A stretch of 64,000 nucleotides of DNA. Origin: an uncultured Candidatus Saccharibacteria bacterium. GTDB lineage: Bacteria > Patescibacteriota > Minisyncoccia > Phycocordibacterales > UBA9973. Each line of letters opens with the position of its first letter. Within the stretch, counting starts at the first letter, position 1. The notes under the pieces were generated by a model. The model made no database searches, was not told where the DNA came from, and saw only the letters and a program-made list of their open reading frames with translations. Below are positions 21,601 through 29,400 of this stretch, one piece after another. Made by a program: the position numbers and the translations under genes. Where the stretch lies: positions 18,719-82,718 of the forward strand of contig CAZMZT010000001.1 in NCBI GenBank assembly GCA_964571085.1, given 5' to 3'.

Positions 21601-24600
21601 CACTGGACAGAAAGGTCTTAACATTTCACTCTCTGGTGCAAACGGTACAGGTGCACAAACTACCTACGGTGCTTATCTTTCAAACACAAAAACAGGTACG
21701 TCAAATAACGTTGGTTTATATGCGACAGCAAGTGGAGGAGCAAGCAATTATGCTATTGATGCAGGCAACGCAATCAGGCTTTCTTCTGCAACAGCAACAG
21801 AGTCACGTATATATAGTGCGACCGGAGTTGGATACTTTGGAGTATCAGAAACTACTGCACAAGCAAACATGTACTACAACAACAACTTTATAACGGTAGC
21901 TACTGGTTCTATCTCTTTGAATACTGGAGGTAATGAAAAAGTAAACATAGGAACTTCAGCCACTGTCATAAATGAGAACAGTCTTGACTATGATTTCCGC
22001 ATTGAAGGCGACACTGATGCAAACCTTTTCTTTACTGACGCTTCAACTGATCGAGTTGCCATAGGTACCAATACTCCACGCAATGCGTTTACTCTTGAGA
22101 ACAATGTTGGGGGTACTGCGATTGGAAGTGTAACAGCGACAGCTGGTGATCTTTCAACTGAGTGGAATAATATTTCACAATTTAAGATTCAAAATGACCG
22201 AGACTTAGGTGGAGGCAATGCGCTCGCATTCTTTGTTTCTGGAACAAGTAATGAAAGAAAGGCATTTATTCAGTCAGGACATTCAGATGGTACTAATGCA
22301 AACAACCTCGGAGATTTGATACTTAATCCATTTGGCGGGAATATTGGCATAGGAGGAGATCTTTCGCCTAATGCACTTTTCTCTGTAGGCTCAACTTCTC
22401 AATTCCAAGTCAACTCTTCCGGTGCTATAGCTGCAGCTACAGGCATCACATCATCTGGTACTATCACTTTCTCAGGTCTTGGAGGAGCAGGAACAAAATG
22501 TTTACAGACAGATAACTCTGGTGTGGTGACAGCGGCAGCATCTGCTTGTGGAAGTGGTGGTGGGCTCACTGTCGGTACAACAGCAATTACTAGTGGTGGT
22601 ACTAACCGTGTTTTATACGAGAACGGTTCAAACATTCTTTCTGAGAGTGCAGACTTTACTTACGACGGTACGACTCTAGGTGTAGCTACTTCTTCTACTA
22701 CTGCTTCAAACAAAGCTCTCAATATTGCACAAACTGGTGGAACAACAGGTACTGACTATGCTGGGTACTTCTCAAACACAGGTGCAGCAACAACAAACGT
22801 CGGTTTGTATGCTACTGCTTCTGGCGGAACTACAAATCTTGCACTCAATGTAGATGCAGGTCAGACACTTCTCGGAGGTACAACACTCAGCACTGGTACA
22901 CTTGCAAAGCTAAACATTGTTTCTACTATGTCTTCTAACGGATCTACTACTGCTATAGCTGGAATTCACGGAGACTATACATTTAACAACGGCGGTACTG
23001 CTAGCTTTGTACAAGTTGGCAACAGATTTGTATTCAACAATGCACCGACAACCAATGCAAACACTATGGTGGGTGAAGTTATAAGAACAGTAGACAATAC
23101 TGCACTTGCAAACTTGGTCCGGGGTATAGATATTACTTCTAATGCCGGCAGTAACACTGCGGGTACAAATACAGGACTACGTTCTACAGGAGGAACCTTT
23201 GGTGTTCAAGCTATAACAAATGGTTCTGCAGGAGGAGTGGCGTTGCCAGCAGGTCTCTATGCAGAGAACACTGGCACGACTCAAGGAGATGTCGCGAGGT
23301 TCTACACAGGTTCTATGACTTCAGCAGCATCGATGCTCAGTGTCTATCATGATACTTCTACATTTACCGGTGACGCTCTAGTTATGGATATGGCTGTTGG
23401 CTCTGGATCATTTACAGGGGATTTCCTTGATCTCAAGAATGCTGGAGTGCAAAAGTTTAAGGTTACATCAGCAGGTGTAGTAAGTATGGGTCTTTCCGGT
23501 ACAGCAAGTACAAATGCTATATGTTCAAGCCTCGCTAACACTACTGCACCAACAGCAGGTACAGCTTATGAGATTAGGGATTGTAACGCAGCTCCAGCTG
23601 CTGACTATGCTGAAATGTACCCAATGGAAACTGGTATGGAGTTTGGCGATATAGTTGCAACTGGTAGTGAGGTGGTCAATACATATGATACTACTGATGG
23701 AAACATCGACTGGACCAAGGTAAAAGGCAAGATCACTCGTATGATAAAAACTACACAAAGCTATCAACCTAATGTTATAGGTATAGTAGTTGATAACTAT
23801 GGTGACTTTACTTCTGCTGGACACAACATAAAAGAAGTAGATAACCCAATGCCAGTCGCACTCAACGGCCGTGTACCAGTAAAGGTAGCAAGTGATTCTG
23901 ATCCAATAATGCCAGGAGACTATATTACTACTTCAGGTAGTGAACCAGGTAAAGCACAAAAAGCTAAAAAATCAGGGCAGGTTATAGGAAAGGCTCTTGA
24001 AGCTTGGGAGCCAAACTCTGGAGCTCTGACTGTAATGGTCTATGTTGAACAAGGGTACTACAATGGAACATCTGTTAGTGAGTTTGCGGGGATTGATCCG
24101 ATGGCAAGCGACTTTGCCAAGCAAGTCCTGAGTCATTTTATGAACAACCAGTCTACTCAAGCAGGGTCAGAACTTATCCTCGACAGGCTAGCTGTGGGTG
24201 TAGAAATAATAACTCCGAAAGTTGTCGCCAATGAATTGGAAGTCAATACTATTAGTACAAGCACTAGTGGTGATATAGGTCTAGTGCTCGGGTCTGATGG
24301 TAAATTTATCGTAAGTTCTGGTGATACACAAAACACAAACCCAGCCATCACATTTGATGCCCTCGGTAATGCTACTTTCGCTGGTAAAGTTACAGCAGGT
24401 GAGATAGAAGTCAGCAACCTCGCAGGAATACAAAGTATAACAGACCAGATCAATCAGCTTTCCGAAGGTCAGGTCGCATTTACTCTGACATCGCAAGTGA
24501 TAAACACACTATCAAGCGCTCTTACTATCGCACAAGCTGATATTTCTAAACTAAACCAAGACTTAGAAGCTCTAGAATCCTCAGTCACAGGCTTGGTTGC

Positions 24601-25333
24601 AAGTGGGGATGATCTAGAATCTAGGATAAACCTAGTAGAGACATTCTTTGCTACAGATGAATCAGGCAACCCAACTGGCATAGTCACAGTAGGTCTAAGC
24701 GTCAATGGAAACGGTAAATTTACAGGCCAAACAGAGTTTGACGGACTCTCATTCTTCTCAAACACTACTTCATTTACTGGTGGGGTCACATTTGCTGGCC
24801 AGACAGAGTTTGTCGTTCCTCCACTATATAACAAGGACTCTGCAGGCTACGCTCTGATAAAGCAAGGCGATAGGAGGGCTCAGATAACCTTCGATAAGCC
24901 TTATATTGCCACACCTGTAGTTAACACTTCAGTCACATTCGAAGAAGAAGACCTCGACGATACCGAGACCGCTACTTTCTTCGCAGATGACATAAGGTTT
25001 ATAGTTATGGGTAAAAATCAAGATGGATTTACTATAGTTCTCAACAAGCCAGCTACTCGAGACATTAGGTTCTCTTGGAATGCTCTGTCTGTAAAAGATC
25101 CCAATATATTTGAAAGTGTATTCGAAGGTCTAACTATAGAGCAAACTCCAGAACCTGAACCAGAACCAGAGCCGACACCCGAAACACCAGAAGGGGACGA
25201 AGCTCCTCCAGATGACTCTGGAGACGAACCACAAGAAACTCCAACTCCAGAACCTGAACCAGAACCAAGTCCAACTCCTGATGAACCCACACCCGACACA
25301 TCCTCACAACCAAGTCCAACACAAGAATCATAA
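15611..25333 (+). CDS. Giant (3240 aa) N-terminally membrane-anchored surface protein built of phage-tail-fibre-like repeat modules. It has a C-terminal globular domain, a coiled-coil region and a Pro/Glu/Thr-rich tail.
   Basis: A signal-anchor 'FHYVAYTILFVVVSFSIINIV' sits at the N-terminus. The repeated motif 'GNVGIG(D/T)T(S/A)P..L..V' is characteristic of tail-fibre-domain proteins. There are at least 5 modules, each opening with a Cys-x13-15-Cys-GGGG loop and then 'NPxGDxNLTFDAGEE'. Long protein-level repeats occur. A C-terminal coiled-coil 'ISKLNQDLEALESSVTGLV' and a PEPEPEP tail are present. Confidence 0.8.
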   Translation: MCFMLEAKKPKSLYPTKRILNKIRSKFSFHYVAYTILFVVVSFSIINIVTATTPNPGHPWLEIGDGAFQVTYNQTATRTYTFPDASTTVLTTNDLVTVAQGGTGVGSFTSNGVLYGNGTSALQVTAAGTTGQCLIGTTGSAPSWGSCTGSGISWSALVNPTGDQTLTFDAGEENIWTVGATTADFWTMTANSLTTGSLFRLVGDRGEDSSSKGLFESIATVDMSDGGDVNNAYFETNVNNTTDPGSIKGVYSLVTDDTTLDNSLKGGGFYVNATGDASKDILGVGAVALASAGVVAPEVVTGLTSSAISLGAFTSGLAELNGVIGSSELSSSDGGNANLYGVKAQTSVTLPTGGTINQYGVYVYNGSSSTTGTSTKYGLYVEDQTGADTNYSAIFAGGNVGIGDTSPTALFTVGSGDLFQVNSSGAIAAATGITSSGTITFSGLGTNSAVYTNGSSALTTTAPTSGTIGYWSRSGTTLSPATANDLVSISTNSTTADNKALQVSQTGATSGTDYAGYFANTGAATTNISLYSSATGATENISAFFENGSVGIGGYDSTIPLYINSSSASTLLKLFKSTGDAGISFGVEDLATDIGRIQGEFDNGPADLLLNPAGGNVGIGTTAPSAALEVVKTTEQLRVGYDETNYFTTTVGSSVNVMYELSQASGSWYWRNGTGVQSLFIGGNGDGFESLFRSSDGDAQSGLYLRGDLVGTNVSFLLSADDDTNPSVSITGDALAQTLTFDSVDHIFNGNVGIGDATPDDLLNIHSATASAGLAITSLGTDTDPYIKFELADGTSSFIMGVDDSDADKFKISTTALGTSDRFVIDSSGNVTIPDLGGGGTLCVQTDNNGTLSTTTCGGGGTWDTIGNPAADQNLTFDAGEETTWTINATTATNFAMNANALTSGTILSLTSNGTGALTGQKGLNISLSGANGTGAQTTYGAYLSNTKTGTSTNVGLYAEATGGSTNYAAQFNGDVNFTNVANRTISVANTAGAAGKNLTIRAGSSISGGFAGGALNLYAGDGSAGIGGAVNIISGASDTGGDINITAAGGTPGSGDGGSVYINPGPSSGGSADGNVIIANTDGKVSIGSTTATSLFNVGSSAQFQVTSAGVTSITPGQSATALTVARTGTNYAFQVDTNTASSATGLKVTSAAAGGGLALTTISSGTDENVTFDAKGAGTISIGASSTGNVLLAGGSSATGCTVDNSNGNLTCSGTISGSGAVGYWTRSGTTISPATANDILSVSTNSTTASNKAIEGLQTGATTGTDYAGYFSNTGAATTNVGLYATATGATNNYAAQFNGLTDVQSSSGSYGSYLLLSNNSAGTKVALNATAYNGVLYVTTSAGAAGSFLGTALNDPNNGSFGFFNNYTTGQGIVAGIANGAAQTALIVNNVNTLSTAGDKLLALKNNSTEKLSVDFNGSITSATLTSGGTQCLQANSSGVISGTGTACGTGGSTNWDTIGDPSGNGSIAMGATVQTMDWATATTQNALSLIGNSLTSGKLFSLTSTATAFTGNLANFTLSGSNAANTGSLVQVDNTGTSNANTSLLINHYATGTGNLAFRVNDVSGDTSPFVIDGNGNVGIGQASPNTQLHIGPGTDVSDVASTNLAVFQNNGSSSISVRDASSNSEGYLYSDAGGVSFGSVTSHAVQIGASGGSAIFIDVSNNVNIGGDTTPNSIFTVGGASEFQVDISGNTSLFGGADLRFIETGGGTDFVAFQAPASVATSVTWTLPNADSSGCLQSNGSGTLSIASCGGGGVAWSAITNPTGDLNLTFDAGEETVFTTNATTATAFSITSATLSSGTLLDLTVTGTAGISSQKALNISTSGAVTGSNSTYGAYISNTHTGASATSVGLYATASGGQTNYAAQFAGGIFQSGGFASFNIGSSVFGVASTTYPDYIFTINDGVIAIGDYNGPDLNNTYLLVDDTNSVISANASSGFVFGGSNFELYPTTTSGDGFYVSANTITTGKGITVQSSSLTSGALMDLTSTGTGALTGQKGLNISLSGANGTGAQTTYGAYLSNTKTGTSNNVGLYATASGGASNYAIDAGNAIRLSSATATESRIYSATGVGYFGVSETTAQANMYYNNNFITVATGSISLNTGGNEKVNIGTSATVINENSLDYDFRIEGDTDANLFFTDASTDRVAIGTNTPRNAFTLENNVGGTAIGSVTATAGDLSTEWNNISQFKIQNDRDLGGGNALAFFVSGTSNERKAFIQSGHSDGTNANNLGDLILNPFGGNIGIGGDLSPNALFSVGSTSQFQVNSSGAIAAATGITSSGTITFSGLGGAGTKCLQTDNSGVVTAAASACGSGGGLTVGTTAITSGGTNRVLYENGSNILSESADFTYDGTTLGVATSSTTASNKALNIAQTGGTTGTDYAGYFSNTGAATTNVGLYATASGGTTNLALNVDAGQTLLGGTTLSTGTLAKLNIVSTMSSNGSTTAIAGIHGDYTFNNGGTASFVQVGNRFVFNNAPTTNANTMVGEVIRTVDNTALANLVRGIDITSNAGSNTAGTNTGLRSTGGTFGVQAITNGSAGGVALPAGLYAENTGTTQGDVARFYTGSMTSAASMLSVYHDTSTFTGDALVMDMAVGSGSFTGDFLDLKNAGVQKFKVTSAGVVSMGLSGTASTNAICSSLANTTAPTAGTAYEIRDCNAAPAADYAEMYPMETGMEFGDIVATGSEVVNTYDTTDGNIDWTKVKGKITRMIKTTQSYQPNVIGIVVDNYGDFTSAGHNIKEVDNPMPVALNGRVPVKVASDSDPIMPGDYITTSGSEPGKAQKAKKSGQVIGKALEAWEPNSGALTVMVYVEQGYYNGTSVSEFAGIDPMASDFAKQVLSHFMNNQSTQAGSELILDRLAVGVEIITPKVVANELEVNTISTSTSGDIGLVLGSDGKFIVSSGDTQNTNPAITFDALGNATFAGKVTAGEIEVSNLAGIQSITDQINQLSEGQVAFTLTSQVINTLSSALTIAQADISKLNQDLEALESSVTGLVASGDDLESRINLVETFFATDESGNPTGIVTVGLSVNGNGKFTGQTEFDGLSFFSNTTSFTGGVTFAGQTEFVVPPLYNKDSAGYALIKQGDRRAQITFDKPYIATPVVNTSVTFEEEDLDDTETATFFADDIRFIVMGKNQDGFTIVLNKPATRDIRFSWNALSVKDPNIFESVFEGLTIEQTPEPEPEPEPTPETPEGDEAPPDDSGDEPQETPTPEPEPEPSPTPDEPTPDTSSQPSPTQES

Positions 25334-25348
25334 AAATAATTTTAATAT

Positions 25349-26299
25349 ATGAAAGATAACGAAAAAAAACTAAATAAGAAAATTAAAAATCAAAAGTGGA
25401 TCATATGCTCTCTAGCGCTAGTGTTGATTGTCAGCGGAGTGTTTTCATTTAAGTACTTTAGTGCTGATTCAGACTTTAGATCAGACTTCCCACTACTGGA
25501 TCCTTCTCGTAAATTTATTCCAAGCGAGAACTACATTACCAACATTGAAGAGCTCAGAGGGTACCTGAGAGAACTAGGTAGTAAGTATCCTGACTCAGTC
25601 ACTGTGTACTACGAGAACATCAACTCAGGTTCTAACATCTCTATCAACAAAGATTTGCGATTGTTTCCTGCTTCACTGTCTAAACTCGTCCAAGCTATAC
25701 TCATAGTAAATAAAATTGAAAAAGGTAAGATGTCTTTTGATCAAGAGTTGAAAGCAGAGCCTGGTGATATTTCTTCTGATTCAGGAGATCTGTACAAAAC
25801 TATCGGCGACAAACCCATGACCGTAGAAAAACTTCTCGAAGAGTTGCTTGTGAACTCTGACAATACTGCACAAAATATTTTCAGACATCAGCTAAACTTC
25901 GAAGACTACCTAGACTTTCAAAACACTACAGGTCTGCAGGATTTGTATAATGATCAAGGTTTCATCTCAGCAAAAGAATACACTCGTATCCTCCGAGTAC
26001 TCTATACTTCTAACTTCTTGAAACCAGAGAATTCACAAAAGATTCTAGGCTACATGGCCAGCTCTGAGTTCAAAGATTACCTATCACAAGGTGTACCTAG
26101 TGATGTCGAGTTTGCTCACAAGTATGGAGAAAATATAGACTACAATATTTTTGCTGATTCAGGGATTGTATATGTTCCTGGCAAGCCTTATATGATATCT
26201 GTCATTATAAAGGGTAAGGACTCTACAAATGAGACCCGCAAATGGGCTACCAACCTCATGAAAGAAATCTCAGAACGTGCTTATAATATAAGCAAATAG
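25349..26299 (+). CDS. Membrane-anchored serine hydrolase with a class A beta-lactamase/PBP-like fold.
   Basis: An N-terminal TM helix is present, with 'SLSKL' (SxxK) and 'NSDN' (SDN) motifs. A KYG sits at the position of the usual KTG. Confidence 0.5.
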   Translation: MKDNEKKLNKKIKNQKWIICSLALVLIVSGVFSFKYFSADSDFRSDFPLLDPSRKFIPSENYITNIEELRGYLRELGSKYPDSVTVYYENINSGSNISINKDLRLFPASLSKLVQAILIVNKIEKGKMSFDQELKAEPGDISSDSGDLYKTIGDKPMTVEKLLEELLVNSDNTAQNIFRHQLNFEDYLDFQNTTGLQDLYNDQGFISAKEYTRILRVLYTSNFLKPENSQKILGYMASSEFKDYLSQGVPSDVEFAHKYGENIDYNIFADSGIVYVPGKPYMISVIIKGKDSTNETRKWATNLMKEISERAYNISK

Positions 26300-26408
26300 T
26301 GTCGAAAATGAAAGTTTCTAGATCTTTTCCCTATGAATTATGTTGTCTATCTATCGGAGACACCTGTTTATCAACACCAAACACTATACACATTATACAT
26401 ATATAGGG

Positions 26409-26414
26409 TATAAT
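26409..26414 (+). promoter_or_regulatory. -10 box TATAAT upstream of the PATR giant gene.
   Basis: 'atatagggTATAATtaca' lies in a 189-bp AT-rich intergenic region. Confidence 0.45.
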
Positions 26415-26488
26415 TACAGAGTATCTCTATCAATTCTTAATTTGGTTTCATTTAGTTATCTATCAAGCTAAATCAAACCAGTTTAACT

Positions 26489-29400
26489 GTGAAAAAATTT
26501 TTTGTTAATTCAATAAAGCTTTTTGCGATAATATTTATCGTAGGGTTTTTGTGTTTTGGTTTCAAGCCCTCCAATGCAGATGCTGCGATTCGTACTTGGA
26601 CCGGGACAGCTAGTGGATCTTGGTCCAATCCTTCCAACTGGGGAGGTACTGCACCTGTCACAGGGGATGACTTGGTTTTCCCAGGTGGCGCATCAAACCT
26701 TTCGAACACCAACGACCTCATAGAAAACACAATAATCAACTCCATCACTCTATCGGGGAGTGGGTACACCCTCTCTGGGAATTCTATAATACTTGGTCCA
26801 GGTCTTGCAGGTATCACCGATAGTGCTTCTTCTGGTGGCAATACCATTGCTCTCAACATTCGCCTCGGTGCAACTCGAGACATCATAGTGACAAACACCG
26901 CAGAAACACTTACTATCAGTGGAACAATTGCAGGTGTAGGTGGTATCAACAAAGAAGGGACAGGCAAGATCGTGCTATCTGGTGGAAATAAATTTGGTGG
27001 AATTTTGAAAATCAATGTCGGTGTCGTCAATGCACAAAGCAATACCGCACTCGGGACAATTGCAGCAGGTACTGAAGTTGTCGGAGGAGCAGCCCTCGAA
27101 CTACAAGGCAACATAGATATCAGTTACGAAGCATTAGCTCTTCGTGGATATGGAGTGAGTAATACTGGAGCTCTAAGAAATATTAGCGGAACAAATACAT
27201 ACCGCGGACTTATTACGTTGTCTTCTGCTGGAGGTACAGAGATAGCTTCTGACTCAGGAACTCTGACTATTACTGGTGGAACTACAGGGAATGCTCCGTT
27301 AGTATTTGATGGATCAGGGAACATGGTGTTCTCTACAGCACCAATTGCTGGTAGTGGTGCGATTACTAAAAATGGTTCTGGTACAGTAACTTATAATTTC
27401 CCAAACACTAACACTGGTCTACTAACCATCAACGCAGGAACTATTCTGTACGGAGTTGATAACGCTATACTTACAAGTGCGATCACTATCACAGGTGGGA
27501 CACTTGATGTCGCAACATACTCTGATATGGTTGGTACTGTTACACTCGGAACTTTAGATTTAGCGAGTGGAACCATTACAGGCTCTACTGGCATACTAAG
27601 CAGTGCAGCGTTTACTCTATATAATGGAACAATTAGTGCAATTATTGCCGGGGATGGAGGAGCTCTGACTAAAAGCACGACTGGTACAGTTGTGATAACA
27701 CGCCCTAATCAATACACTGGTGCTACAACTATAAGTGCGGGTATTTTAGAGATTCAAGACAGCACTTCACTTGGTTTGATAGATGGCATTACCACAGTGG
27801 CAGCTGGTGCGACTTTGCAGATAAACGGGGACGGACTCTCTATTCCTGAATACATAACTTTTTCTGGAACAGGGCATCTTTATACAGGAGCAATAAGGAA
27901 TAGAACAGGAGACAATACCCTAACAGGCTTACTAACTCTAGGTGCAGCCGCAATGATAGAGTCTGATGTCAGCACTACTCTGACTATAGATAGCAAAGGC
28001 CTATCTGCCACAACCTTGGGTCTTACTGTCGGTGGTGCTGGAAACACAACCTTTACTTCTACCGCACCTATATATGGTACAAGCGCAACACTTACAAAAA
28101 ACGATACTGGTGTACTAACTATAGAATCATTTAGTAACTTTACTGGAGCTACAAACCTCCTTCGTGGAGAGGTCGTGCTCGGCAGTTATGGAGCTATACC
28201 TAGATCTACTATTACTATAGGTAGTGGTGGGGAACTAACACTCGACAACACCTCTACAACTATCCTCGATCGTGTCAGTGACACAGCGGCTCTAACTATG
28301 AACGGAGGGTCTCTGAACTTTATAGGCAACCCGTCGTCTCTCGCATCAGAGACAATCGGCGCACTCACTATCGCCTCGGGACACAATACTGTCACTGTCA
28401 CTCCCGGCGCGGGCGGGCCTACCACTATGACTTTTGCAAGTTTGTCGCGTACGGCTGGAGCCACGGTGCTCTTCCGTGGGACTAAACTTGGTTCGTCCCC
28501 GGGGCCCAATATATCTACGATTATGTTCACTACTACTCCAGCAGTACTAGGTGCAGGTGGTGCAGCAGGTACTACTACCACAAGTGTCATCAAAGGTGCA
28601 TTTGGAGATAATTCTCTCTCTGGGACAGGGAGTGATATGGTCGTGCACAACCTTGGAAATACAAATGGCCTCCGACTTCTCAATGGCGCTGGATTCTCTG
28701 GTGAGTATGCTTTCACACTTGCGACAAATGCCAATGTAAAATTAAATGCAGATACTGTAGCAAGTACAGCAAGTATCAACTCTCTTATTCTAGATGGATT
28801 TAGTATTACAAATCCTGGGAGTGCGCAAACTATCACGCTCTCATCTGGATCTCTTGCTGGAAATATTCTTATGAATTCAGCGACTAGTATTGCCGGAGCA
28901 AATACAACGCTTGGCATAACTACTAACCACCTCGATATTTTGACAACAGCTAGCGCTACTATCTCTGCGGTCATTGGTACTGCAGTGGCTGGATCAGTTG
29001 CTATCAGTGGTACAGGGAGTGTCACAGCAAGTACTGCTAACCTCTACACCGGTACAACATTTATCAACAATGCAACACTTTTTGCGGGAGCAACTAACAT
29101 ACTCTCAAGTGGAGGTGTGACGGTGGTAGGGGGTACATATGATTTAGGAAACTTCAGTGACACAGTTGGTGCTGTAACACTTCAAAATGGAACTATAACT
29201 AGTGGATCAGGTACTTTATCAGGAACTTCTTATAGTCTTCGTGAAGGAACTGTCAGTGCAATCTTGGGTGGAGGAGCCGCAGCTGTCACGCGTGTTGCTA
29301 CAAGTGCAGCTGCTGATAGTGTGGTGACTCTAACTCGTGACAATACCTATACCGGAACAACAACTATTACGAGCGGTATACTTAGACTCGGCGCAACGGG

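Noticed and set aside
15611-25333. Prophage tail-fibre gene.
   Set aside because: Only the repeat chemistry is phage-like. The flanks are pheT and a serine hydrolase, with no capsid, terminase or integrase genes. The N-terminal membrane signal-anchor indicates a cellular protein.
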